Origin: Vicugna vicugna
Taxonomy: Eukaryota
Assembly: GCA_013265495.1 (NCBI GenBank)
Contig: MU058844.1
Coordinates: 5,248,344 to 5,312,343, forward strand
Direction: 5' to 3'
Length of the DNA stretch: 64,000 bases
Part shown: positions 27,503-39,247 of the stretch, piece by piece
How the letters are laid out: each line of letters begins with the position of its first letter
Numbering within the stretch: the first letter of the stretch is position 1
The notes under the pieces: generated by a model
What the model saw: only the letters and a program-made list of their open reading frames with translations
The model's database searches: none
What the model was told of the DNA's origin: nothing
Position numbers and translations under genes: made by a program

Positions 27503-29345
27503 AACTATACGACACTGATGAAAGAAACTGAAGACAATAAAAACAGATGGAAAGATATACTGTGTTCTTAGATTGGAGTAATCAATACTGTTGAAATGGG
27601 CATACTACCCAAGGCAACATACAGATTTAGTCCAATCCCTATTAAATCACCAGTGGCATTTTTCATAGAACTGGAACAAAAATTTTTAAAATTTGTATGG
27701 ACACACAAACACCCCAAATAGCCAAACCAATCTTGAGAAAAAAAGAATGGAGCTAAAGGAATCATACTCCCTAACTTGAGATTGGACTACAAAGCTACAG
27801 TAATCAAAACAGGCAAAGGCACAAAAATAGACACATTCACTAGTGGAACAGGATAGGAAGTCCAGAAATAAACCCATGCACTTACAGTCAATTAATCTAC
27901 AAAGGAGGTAAGAATACACAATGCAGAAAAGACAGTCTCTTCAATAAGTGGTGCTGGGAAAACTGAACATCTACTTGTAAAAGAATGAAATTAGAATATT
28001 CTTTAACAGCATAAAAAATAAAGCTCAAAATGAATTAAAGACCTAAATGTAAGGTCAGATACTCTAAAACTTCTCAGGAAAACATAGACAGAACAATCAT
28101 TGACATAAATTCCTGCAGTTTTTTTTTTTAATCTGTCTACTAGAATAATGGAAATAAAAGCAAAAATAAACAAATGGGACCTAATTAAACTTAAAAGCCT
28201 TTGCACAGCAAAGGCAACTGTAAACAAAATGGAGAGACAGCTTACAGAATGGGAGAAAATACTTGCAAACAATGAGACAGACGAGGGATTAATTTCCAAA
28301 ATATGCAAACAGCTCATACAGCTTAATGTCAAAAAACAACCCAATCAAAAAATGGCAGAAGACCTAAATAGACATTTCTCTAAAAAGATAAAGATGGCCA
28401 ACAGGCACATGAAAAGATGCTCAATATCACTAATTATTAGAGAAATGCAAATCAAAACTACAATGAGGTATCACCTCACACCAGTCAGAATAGCCATCAT
28501 TAAAATGTCTACAAATTATAAATGCTGGAAAGGGTGTGGAGAAAGAGGAACCCTCCTATACTGTTGATGGGAATGTAAATTGTTGCAGCCACTATGGACA
28601 ACAGTATAGAGTTTCCTTAAAAATAAAAAACAAAAATAGAGTTATCATATGATCCAGCAATCCCATTCCTGGGTATATACCTGGAAAAGATAAAAGCTCT
28701 CATTCAAAAAGATACACACATACCAATGTTTATAGCAGCACTATTTTCAATAGTCAAGATATGGAAGCAACTTAAATGTCTATGGAGAAATGACTGGGTA
28801 AAGAAGATGTGGCGTATGTGTGTGTGTATATAATATAATGGAATATTATGTGTGTATATATATTATATATAATGGAATATTACTCAGCCATAAAAAGAAT
28901 AAAATAATGCCATTTGCAGCAACAGGGATGGACCTAGAGATTATCATATTACATGAAGTAAGTCAGACAGAGGAAGACAAATATCGTATGATATCACTTA
29001 TATGTGGAATCTAAAAATAATGATACAAATGAACTTATTTTCAAGCTGACAGTAGCATCCCAGGCCTAGAAAACAAACTATGTTTAACAAAGGGGAAAGG
29101 GACTGGGGAGAGGGATAAATTTGGAGTTTGGAATGAACATATACACACTACTATATATCAAATAGATGGACAACAAGGACCTATTATATAACCCAGGGAA
29201 CTATATTCAATATCTTGTAATAACCTATTATGGAAAAGAATCTGAAAAAGAATATATGTGCATGTGTATAACTGAATCACGTTGCTGTACACCTGAAACT
29301 GATACAACATTGTAAATAATGTATACTTCAATAAAAATAAAACAG
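27503..29345 (+). mobile_element. 5'-truncated LINE-1 (ORF2 C-terminus, 3' UTR, A tail)
   Basis: ORF 28148-28567 ([50 protein letters not shown]) is the L1 ORF2 C-terminal cysteine-rich region. The element ends ACTTCAATAAAAA. Confidence 0.97.
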
Positions 29346-30914
29346 ATTTTTAAAAAACAAATACATCAGTAGTTAATAAATGTAAAATACTAAGGGCTGT
29401 TAGGAAAAATTGGCTGAAAGTCTGTGTTGCGTTTTCAGACTGCTTAAAAGATTCTGCGGCACAGCATTATCAGGGATCGAATCACTACTTATTGATAAAA
29501 GGAAAAAAGTCTCCAGGAAGACATTCTAATGCTGAAATTACATATGCTGAATAACACGGGCATCGGTTTGTATATGCAGATATTTCAGTGCAGAAGTAAA
29601 TGCATAAAATTAATCCTGTATGTAGTTTTTGTTTCTGTATTGTAATTTTTGTTTCTAGATTTACTTAATGGTATTATTTGTAAGTTTATGGGAAACTATA
29701 ATAATTTTGTATTTGAAATTTGTATTCAGGTTATTGAGTTATAAATATAGTCTAAGAATCTTTAAGTTCAACTCACAAAATGTGTTTTACAGTGTTTATA
29801 TGTAGCAAATAACAAATACTTCCAGCAAGGCCTTTGAATAACAAAAGTCTAATTAAACAGAATAAAATAACCCTAAAAATTCTCCTTTAATTTTAAATAA
29901 GTTTTTTAAAATTTTTTCCCACATTGATAAATTAGATATATTTAGTTTTCCTTAAGGCATCTCACAAGCATAACAGAGAAAACTCACAACTTACTAGGAA
30001 AATCTCTCCCAAAGCCTCTTAAAGAATTTTTGTGAATCCAAACTTTAAATTGGTAAACTAGGTTCCCTTAACACTCTAATGCTGTTAACAGAAACTCTAA
30101 TTATCTTAGACGTTTTACCTAAAAATAAAATATCAAATATACTACAGCTCCCTCAATATCACAAACATTTTCATAAAAAAAGACACTGATTATTCTGAAC
30201 TCATAATGAATGGAGTATTAGTGAGTTAGACTTGGCTCCCTTCATTATATCTTAACTTAATTTTCTCTTAACTTATTAACTAATGGGCATGATGAGGTTA
30301 CTTGGCATGAAATTAAAAACCATTGTAGTGTTTGCTATAGTAGGTTTGCTGTAATTATTGATATATTTGTTTATCGCTCATGAATTTGAAATCACTTTAC
30401 AAGAACTGGGTTTATGCCTGGGTTCCTCCGAGGGCACTGACTAGACAGGTGGAACCGTTCTTAAAGCTGCTTGATTTGGTGGATGGAATTTCCCATTTCT
30501 ATTTACTGCCTAATTGAATTCAGCTTTCTTTCCACAATCTTATCTGGCTACAATTCTAAAGACTTTCTAATATCTTCTTCAGCACTGCCACAATTCTAAA
30601 TATGTTTTAATGTTGTTCATTGGATTTCAGAATTCTTCGCATACCTTTGTCTTCTGTAGCTATAATTCTAATATCAGGCTAATGACATTTCAGAAACAAA
30701 AAGGAAGGAAAAGAAAAGATGGTATTTGTTTCTTTCTCCTTTTTAATACAGACTTTTTCTTTCCAATCCATTGTATATATTAAGTTGGTTTTCAGTTCCT
30801 CTTCTTATTGGATAGCAGCAAGTTCAACATGTTATTTATGTAGGAAAGGGTAAACGTCAGCTAGTCTTTGACACTTAGGCAATATTGGCGTTCAGTTTCA
30901 AGTGAGACCTTGGA

Positions 30915-31310
30915 TTACACTGTGGACTAGTGGAAAGAACTTGGGTTTTAGTGTTAGATCTGGGTACTCATCTGACTCTATCAATCACCACCTGTATGAC
31001 TTTGAACGTGTTATACCTAATGTTTAATATCAGTTTCCATATCTTTATATCTGGGGTAACTAAACATACTACACCAATTTGTTGTGAAAATATAATCACC
31101 TTATATCTCTAAAGTACATTCTGAAGTGCTTAACAGGGGGAGGGTATAGCTTAGGTGATAGAGTGTGTGCTTAGCATGCAGGAGGTCCTGGGCTCAATCC
31201 CCAATACCTCCATTTAAATAAATAAATAAATAAATAAGCCTAATTACCTCCCCCCCTAAAAATAATTTTAAAAAAATAAAGTGCTTGACCAATAGATAAT
31301 GATTATTAAG
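30915..31310 (+). mobile_element. MIR SINE, interrupted by a Vic-1 SINE
   Basis: Contains CTAGTGGAAAGAACTTGGGTTTTAGTGTTAGATCTGGGT..CCTGTATGACTTTGAAC..TCAGTTTCCATATCTTTA..TTGTTGTGAAAA. Confidence 0.7.
31136..31278 (+). mobile_element. tRNA-derived SINE, camelid Vic-1 type
   Basis: GGGGGAGGGTATAGCTTAGGTGATAGAGTGTGTGCTTAGCATGCAGGAGGTCCTGGGCTCAATCCCC, then (TAAA)n and CCTAATTACCTCCCCCCC. The target duplication is AAGTGCTT(A/G)AC at 31124 and 31279. Confidence 0.95.
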
Positions 31311-31466
31311 TTGTAGTTGTAATCAGTTAATCTATCAAAACAGTCTTCTATGTGTCAGGATGAAATGATTCATTACTGATATTAAATGTAGCTTCTAAAA
31401 TAGACTTTACTTTCAAGCTCACTAGAGCAAAGAGTTTACTTTTAAATTTGCCGTCTTTCATACAGA

Positions 31467-31967
31467 TGTCAAGATCTGTCAAGGATTTGAGATTTTACCC
31501 TATGTGTAAGCTAATAAATTACCCTGCCAAAAGTTCATGTATCCTGGCAGAAGTTCATGTCCTCCTGCATGAGACAAAGTGCATTTATGACTCAGAGCAA
31601 CAGCAGTGTCAGCATTACATAATTTGCACTAGTTTCCCAAACCTTAATTCCCACATGGCAACCAGACAAGATCCAGGTGATGCCTGTATACATAGTAGAT
31701 TGTTAGAGGAAAAAAAACTGTGTAGGAAATTCCAGTCTTTTATATAGGAGCTTCTAGTAAACCCACCCAAACTTTGTCCTGGAATGAGATGTCATCATTA
31801 CTAATGTGAACAGCAAACCAATATGCCCTCTGTAGTGGAAGATTCTCTCTAACTACCAAGGCTATTTGCTTTATAAACAATCTTGAAAGGTAGTATAAAA
31901 CTAAAATTCATAATACCTCTGCTCAGAAGAGATGGGCAAGAAATTTATAGAGATTTGTCTCCCTACC
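31467..31967 (-). mobile_element. ERVL solo LTR (LTR40-like)
   Basis: Starts TGTCAAGA..GAGATTTTACCCTA..AAGCTAA and ends TTGTCTCCC, the reverse complement of the LTR40 ends. Length is about 500 bp. Confidence 0.85.
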
Positions 31968-32041
31968 GAAGAATAATGGAAACTTTGCCCTTCTGGTATA
32001 AAAATCAGGCAAAAGTTTCATGAACACAATTCTAATATAGT

Positions 32042-32520
32042 TGTTTTAAAGTGTTCAAAATGTTAAGTTCTATCAAAACAATGTTTTTATAGGCATGGTA
32101 AAGGAAATCAATTACTTGTAAATGTCATAATAGTGCTTCAGAAAGGAGACAGGAAAAATTGGGATATTTATGAGGTTTGGGGGTTATAGTTCAAAACATG
32201 TATTTCAATGTGAGGACTTAAGGTTAATTCATAATATAATAGTTAAGGATTGGTGAATAGGGCAAGGCTAAAGTTTTGAGAAAGAAAGTCCCAAAGTGAA
32301 TGTATTTATTAGAAATTAGCTGTCTGATGTTCATTTTAATGAGTTTTTCAGTAGTTCCGGAAACAAACAATAACGTTATTTGCATTTTTTATCTTTCCGG
32401 ACAAGAGGTTTTGGAATACAAGAGTAAATATAAAGTCAGTGAAGTCACGATAATGTGGAGATTAAGCTGTGTGGGTAAAAATGATTTTGATTCTCCAAAA
32501 CCAAGTGACCTTCAGCCAGA
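32042..32520 (-). mobile_element. Probable ancient ERV LTR (family uncertain)
   Basis: Antisense LTR-like texture (GGGATATTTATGAGGTTTGGGG..AGGATTGGTGAA..CCGGAAACAAACAATAACGTTATTTGC). I could not assign a family. Confidence 0.4.
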
Positions 32521-33997
32521 GTCTGCTGTTACTTGTATATGAAATTGGACTGGCAGAGAGGGGTCTACTCCTTTTTAGTAGATTAGTTTTACAGCTTAAG
32601 GACAGTGGTGGGAAAAGAGGTAAAACACAGAATATACCAAGTGGGAAAATTTTAAACATTGACCATAGTGTCAAAAAATGACTGATTTAAGATAAACAGA
32701 TGTAGAGAAAAATAAATAGGGGAGAAATTTTAAACAGAAATAAAATGTTAACAGAACACTGGAATCTGCTATAAGGATTAATTTAAGAATGGAATCACTT
32801 TTGTGCATTCACATTCAAGATAAGGAAAAAAAATTTTCATTCACAATACCGGATCTTCTAAGTATATACATGTATTTAATCTTATTATAGAAAATACCTT
32901 ATTGAGTAGTATTTTTAAGAAGGCAATTACATTGATTCACAGCTTTAGCCAGCTAAGAGTTACCTCATGTCTCTCCAGCTATTATTATTTTTATTTCTTT
33001 CCCTATTTTTTTTAGTATAGATCTGAATTCTTCAAAGTCAGAAGTTGCATAAATCCCTGTAGACAAAAGATGATTTATAAGCAGAGGGTGATCAAGATTA
33101 GGATGGAGTTCAAGAGAAGCAAAAAGAAAGAAACCACTTAAGAAAACAAAAGACATTTTAGGTTCCAATGAGAATTCCCCAAGCCTATCATTTTCAAAGC
33201 AGGCTGTCTGGAAAATAAAATATTTTGTTGAAAATAAACTTTCAGATTTGAAAAATACTTCTTGTTGCATATGACAGAAATAGAGCTTTATAACCAATGG
33301 GCTTCCGTTTCCAGAGATAACTATTAAAATATGAGAAAACAAGGCAGCAATAATAGGTGTACATTTAAAACAGTTAGTTTTTCCCAAACAGAAAATTGGC
33401 ATCAGTTCACACAGTTTGGTGAGCTGCTTCTCCTTACATTCTGGTTTTTATCTCAGTTTCTCTATTAAGGATTTGCTCTGGTGCATTACTAGGAAACCCA
33501 CTATAAAAACACCCCAAAACTACATCCTTCAAACTCACCAGTATCTGTAATAAAGTTGTTTCACCTCCATCATTCTGATTCCCTTGTCTATCAAACTTGT
33601 TTCTGAATTTGGACATGGTAAGAAATGCAACAACATCTAATAAAGGAGGACACAAGAGGTAAAAGAGCAAACTGGAGTGACAGGACTCCTTCAGAGAGAG
33701 GTGAGATCCAGTGGAAAACTGAGATTTGACCTTGTAATACAGGAGATTGAAAGTTAGTAACAACAGCAGTTGAGGAGCAACCATCTAAATACTGTTGCCA
33801 AAGGAAGTCTGTTCAGACTTTAGGCTGGATGACTAAACATATCAATGTAAAAACTTTAAAAAGTATAATGAGAGTTTCAGCTTGAACATTTATTCCAGGT
33901 AGAGACACAGATACTTCCTGTTTCCTCATGAAATGTATCTGGTGGATTAATACAATTTACCCGCTAAGGAAAATGCAGCCAAGATGACACATTAAAA

Positions 33998-34510
33998 GTT
34001 CCTTAGCTCAAGGTCCACCCTGAAAACAGAACCTGAGTCAAAGCTTGTGTGAAGCTAATTGATTTCAGGATGTGATCCCAGGTAGGAGGTGGAACACAAG
34101 GCAGGGATAGTGAAACAGAGGGAGAGAAAGACAATTAGAGGATGAAGTGTTGACTTGGATGTTTTCCAGGCAACTGTTACCCTTTTTTTCTGGGACCTTC
34201 TGAGGAGTCTTATAAAACGGACCGCAGAATTGTCCATCTAAAGACAAAACACAGAAATGTTTGTCCAAAACTTTGTCACTGCTGGTCCAGGATGGCCCTG
34301 TTAACATTAATTCCTTATATTTCAATCTGACTAGATGACAATCCACACATGGGTCGCAGAGAAGCTCCAGGGTCAGGACTCACATTGCAAGCCCTTCAGC
34401 TCAGGGGAGGGCTCTGTGAGTTCCACCTGTATAAGCTACTTGAGTCTTGCATGGATCTGGTTATTGCAACCAGAGGATCTTAAAATTGGGTACAAGTTGT
34501 GCCCAATACA
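33998..34510 (-). mobile_element. ERVL solo LTR (LTR41/LTR33 group)
   Basis: The minus strand begins TGTATTGGGCACAACTTGTACCC, contains CTCCTCAGAAGGTCCCAG and CCTGGGATCAC, and ends TTTGACTCAGGTTCTG..GCTAAG. Confidence 0.82.
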
Positions 34511-34849
34511 AAGAGTGGCTAATTAGAACAATAATACTATCTTGAGTCTAGACTGGGGTTAGATGTTGTCTAATAAAAGACAATTTGGGGGGAGATTTAG
34601 TGATTGAAAAGGCAGCAGCATATTAGTGTATTCCCAGAAACAATCTCTTTTTAATATTATTTTCCTTTATGTGATAAAATTATTTTCCAGAATAATCATA
34701 AAATTAAGTAATAATGGGCAGAAAACATGGTGAATTTTTTTATTGAATTTTTATAATTACTATAATGCCAGTAAAGTAATACAAATAATAATAATATAAA
34801 ATAAATATCACAATACAAAAAAGAAAACAAAAGGTGATGATTCAAACAC

Positions 34850-37151
34850 TTTATGAATCTGCTTTTATAAAAGATTAAAAAACTCACAATTTTATATCTA
34901 CATACCAGTCTATCACAATAATGAATGATAACATTACTTAAACGTAATCAGTTTAGCAGAGATTTACAAAACAAATAAATTTTACAATAAAATTTAGACA
35001 TTCCTATGACATCCGTGTCTTTATTTCTTCAAAATTGTTCCCAGCAGACTTCCAGTATTTCTGAAGTCCAAAAATATCTTCACTACATAATTCATCATGC
35101 AGTTCTATTACATTTGATAAAAATATGTTTAAAGTTTTCTTCTTCAGAGAAAAATCACTAAATGTTAGTGTATGTTGACTTCATTTGATTTAAAACAATT
35201 GTCCAGTTATTAGTAAAAACAGTTGAGGCATTCAAACACCATCTATTTGATTTTTTTGATGATATAAAACTCCCTTATCATTTCTTTTGGCACTTTTCTT
35301 CTAAATTTGATTGTTTTTTTCCATACAAATAATCATTTCCTTGCACTTTCTTTTTTAATTATTATTTATTTTGTTTTTATGAAAATTTTTTTTTCTTACA
35401 CTTTCTTGTTGCAAAGTTAATAGCCTTCTTCATATTTTTTCTGTAAGCCAATCTTTAAGGATTAATTTCAAAGCTTGGTGTTTCACTGTGAGTGATTCAG
35501 GTCTTACTCTGTTTGCTATATTTATGTCTTTTTACTTTTTATATCTCAGATTTCATCTTCAAATGAAAGATAACTCAGAAAAGACACATACAGCAGAAAG
35601 CAACATCTGAGCCGATCTTCCTGTGTCCACATTTTCCCTTGGATCATTCAGTACTTCATAGGTTAACTCAAAATTTAACTTTCCCGTACCCACAGCTCCA
35701 TAAAGTACTCCAAATTTTAATAAAGTCTTGAGTGATTGTACCTACATTCTAAAGCATTTTCTATTGGTGAGATGAGACTGGAAAGGATAGATTTATCTTT
35801 CACAATTCCAAAATACATCTCCTGAGGAGACCCCTCTAAAAAAGTTAATTCTGTTAAGATTTATAAAGAGAATAACGTGTTCAAGGAACAAATGGGAATT
35901 TAGGATTAATTTTTTTGACATTTTGCCTCAGTACTGTCATGCATATTGGCCACAGTTATAGCACTGTCACATCTTAAATGGTTGTGTACTTGTTTCAGGC
36001 AGTTTTCTGGGAAATAGAGTAAAAGCTCAAAATTAATTCCTTTATTTCATCTTGACCATCTTCAAGATTGATGTGTCTGAACAATGTATAAATGATCAAA
36101 GTGTAAAGCTTTTGGAATGCTGTTAAAGAATTTCAAACTACTTTGCATTTTTAATATCTGTAACTATCTGTTCTTTGAGGTAATTTCCCAGAAGATGGAT
36201 GTAATTATTGGGATCAATCTCTTTTTAGAAAAAAGTACTAATTCTTCCAAGATGTTCTTTCAACTTTGGGTCACAATTTAAGAGTAATTCCTTCAATGTC
36301 AGCATCATATCCTTTATTTGCTGATGATGTATAGTTTTTGTGATCAGGGAAAGGAAAATTGTGTTTGACTGAAAGCATAATTAAGTCTAAATATTATGTA
36401 AAAAGTCATTTTTCTTTACCCTTCCATATATAGTTTTCAGTTCTCTTGCCAACATCTATTTTGCAAAAAGATGGATATTCAGATGTCTCAAGATCAGGGA
36501 TTTTAGGGTACTTTTTATCAGATTTTGAAGTGATTTTTTAAGCTGGACATTCCAGCTTTGTCTCATTACCTGCAAACGGATAAAAGAAACATTTTTTTAG
36601 TTTCAAGCAATTCATACAAGCTGTTAACATTTTTCCACCATACAGAAAGTATGTAAAGATTATAAAAACCGTGAAGTTGACAAGAGTTGACTTCTTTCTT
36701 TGTATCCTTCTCATTCTTACTAACTGCATAATAGTGTTTATTATGATATGGTTCACTTCTTTTAACCAGATTGACTTTCAGTCACCTCAAAACATTATTA
36801 GTCAAGTATTGACATCATAATACATTAAAATTTCATTTATCATATCTCTTCATCAAAGTCTTTGTCTTGATCTTTGCAAGCATCTTTATTATCACTATTA
36901 GTGTTGACTCTTAGATTACTTCCTTTCTCTTAAACATCAAGGTTTAGAGAAAACGATTCATCATCTTTCACCTGTATCATTTAAATAATGGGTACTTTGG
37001 GTGTGCAAACCTGAATTTCCTACAAATTTTAACGAAGTATATGCAATATTTTATGTATTATACTTTGCAAAATAGATTTGGAAAATAATTCAATCACCTT
37101 ACCTCTTTTTCTTCCCCTTTGTTGTATTGTACTCAAACATTGTCCTTTCAT
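34850..37151 (-). pseudogene. Disrupted hAT transposase (Tip100/Zaphod type, ZMYM1/THAP12-related domain)
   Basis: Manual translation across stops and frameshifts gives, in order: MKGQCLSTIQQRGRKR; DLIMLSVKHNFPFPDH..SSANKG; ELLLNCDPKLKEHL; IHLLGNYLKEQIVTDIKNAK*FEIL; RHINLEDGQDEIKELILSF; CDSAITVAN; KKINPKFPFVP*TRYSL. These are collinear with the hAT motifs LAFRGH..GNFLEL..DPVLKEHL..QNELI..FSIILD..YDNAANM..NPKALFVPCxxHSLNL. Confidence 0.88.
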
Positions 37152-37537
37152 GTTGATAAGAATACCTTACTTTGAAATTCTTTGTAAAACTTAGAATAAT
37201 TACAGACCAGTTACTGGTTTCACAATAATATTACAAATGAATTAAGGCTCCTCCACATTTCTGCAGGAAAAGAAAAAAAGCATAACTTTGTAGTCATTAG
37301 TTTTTTGCTAAGTAATCATGAACTTTTATTCTTTGGTTGCAACTGATATAAAGATCACTTATTTAAATTATTTTTCATAAGTTACTAAGTATATTTTAAT
37401 TACAACCAAAATATAAAATGTCTAATTTAGGTAACTACTGAATTGCTTCACTGGTGTAACATTTTATTTTCATGATTTGTTTTCTGTTTTAAAATAAAAT
37501 AATAACAGTAAAAGAATATATTTAAATTTTAAACACA

Positions 37538-37773
37538 TTTTTTATTGATGTATAGTTGTGTTAGTTTCTGGTGTACAGCATAGTAATTCAGCTATATATA
37601 TATATATCTTTTTCCATATTATTTTTTACTATAGGTTATTACAAGCTATAGAATACAGTTTCCTGTGCTATACAGTAAGACCTTGTTGTTTATCTGTTTT
37701 GTAAATAGTAGTTTGTAAGTGCTAACAACTCCTAATTTATCCCTCCCCCACCCTTCCTCCCTTGGTAACCATA
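37538..37773 (-). mobile_element. Short L1 3' UTR insertion inside the hAT element
   Basis: Poly-T followed by GTTTCTGGTGTACAGCATAG..CCTGTGCTATACAGTA..GGTAACCATA, same family as the L1 at 14216. Probable target duplication TTAAACA(C/T)ATT at 37529 and 37776. Confidence 0.9.
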
Positions 37774-39195
37774 CCTTAAACATATTATTAAAATCAATAA
37801 AATAAGATATATGAACTAATTTGAATTTGACCAAACAAAAATTATACACTTCAGAGTTTATGGATTGTTTTACTCTATTATCTTTTAAAATAAAAACCAA
37901 CACTTCCAGTAGTCGCATGTCATGACAGAATCAAAGTAATTTAAGTTCTGTTTCTTCATCAATGCAGTCACTGTGCTATTACTGTTTACTTTCACTCTAC
38001 CTTTGAAAAATAGTAATACGTAATTTCGTATTTCTTGGGGGGTGGGGTTGGGGGGCACACTATACCCAAGGGAATTCAAATGATTATAAACCCTTACAAA
38101 CCTTCTTTAGAAAATGACAATATCTGTGTATACTCTCTAAATGAAAGTTCTCTTAATTAACTTCATGTAGTGTACATTATTTAATACAAGAGAAAATATA
38201 TAAATTGGAAACACACATGTACAGTTTTTAAACTTGACTGTAACCACAAAAATTTTTTGAACTTAAACTAACAAAGGATTTTCTAGAGGGAAGAGTATTT
38301 TAGCACTGACAATGTTTAATATTGTTGGATCATGGTGATAATAAAAATATAGAACTTCAATTTTAATTTAATTTAATTATTTTTGTAAATTATAGCCATG
38401 CCCCCCTCACTGCCTGCTCCCCAGCAGAATGCTAGCTCTGCACTGTCTATGATATGATAAAATGGAAAGTGACATGGGGTAGGATTTTCTTTAATAATCA
38501 GTGCCGTGGAACACCTAAAAGTGATTGGCTTCATATCTCTCACCATAACAAGTCTTTTAAACTGACTTTGGAGAAAGAGAGAAAAAATAAGTGTCTGGGT
38601 CAGAAAGTAATAGGAAAGAGAAAGGAAAGAAAGGAATAAAATATTATTCAGATCCATCTAACATTACTAATTCAGGAGCAATTTAAGTAAGACGACTTTA
38701 AGAAGCATGTTTAAAGATTTCAGGTCATGAAATCAACTAATCTTTTCTCATAGGATGAGGAAGAGGCAAAAAAAGAAACAAAACACTTGGGAAATGTTTC
38801 TTGATTGCAGTAAAAAGATATAGAACAAATACATGCTATTTTATAGCTAGAAGTTTCAAAATCTATGGAAAGCCAATGCTTTGGGATCTCAGGCAAGAAT
38901 TCTCTAGTGCAGGAAACAAGAAGCAGAAATCTGGCTCTCTAGGCCTAAGCAGTTCTGTGGTAAGAGCTAATGGTATTAGTCCGCATTTTACCTCGATTTG
39001 AGTAGGCTATTTTTTTTCTCTTGTAACAAAAGTGCTTCAAGTGACAATTACCAAGTAGAATGCCTGGCACTAGGTGTTCTTAAATGGTAGACATTAGTCC
39101 CACAATTGTTACTGCTTCTATGACTCACCTTCAACAGATTCTACATCGCATCAAGCCATTCAGTTGGTTTAATAAGCTTATACTCCAGTGCCATG

Positions 39196-39247
39196 TAATA
39201 TGTGTTCATAATATGTGTTCATAATATGTGTTCATAATATGTGTTCA
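39196..39247. repeat. 13-bp minisatellite (TAATATGTGTTCA)x4
   Basis: Four perfect tandem copies, seen directly. Confidence 0.98.

Larger units (their letters stand above)
34613..38445 (-). mobile_element. Apparently full-length decayed hAT-Tip100 DNA transposon (MER97-like termini, Zaphod-type interior)
   Basis: The minus-strand 5' end reads CAGTG..GCAGGCAGTGAGGGGGGCAT..TTTTTATTATCACCATG..TGTCAGTGCTAAAATACTC..GATGAAGAAACAGAACTT. The 3' end reads CATTATTAC..AATACACTAATATGCTGCTG. Both match recalled MER97 ends, and transposase motifs lie between them. Confidence 0.85.

Noticed and set aside
28148..28567. 139-aa ORF as a host gene (also 47697-47945 and 13128-13571)
   Set aside because: These are LINE-1 ORF2 remnants or antisense L1 readings, truncated and flanked by stops and frameshifts.
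32965..33784. 145-aa and 116-aa minus-strand ORFs as exons
   Set aside because: No recognisable domain, F/L/S/I-biased composition typical of chance AT-rich ORFs, and no convincing splice structure.
34850..37151. Functional domesticated transposase gene
   Set aside because: Numerous stops and frameshifts, and decayed catalytic-region motifs.
39196..39247. CRISPR-like array
   Set aside because: The repeats are contiguous with no spacers, and the context is mammalian.
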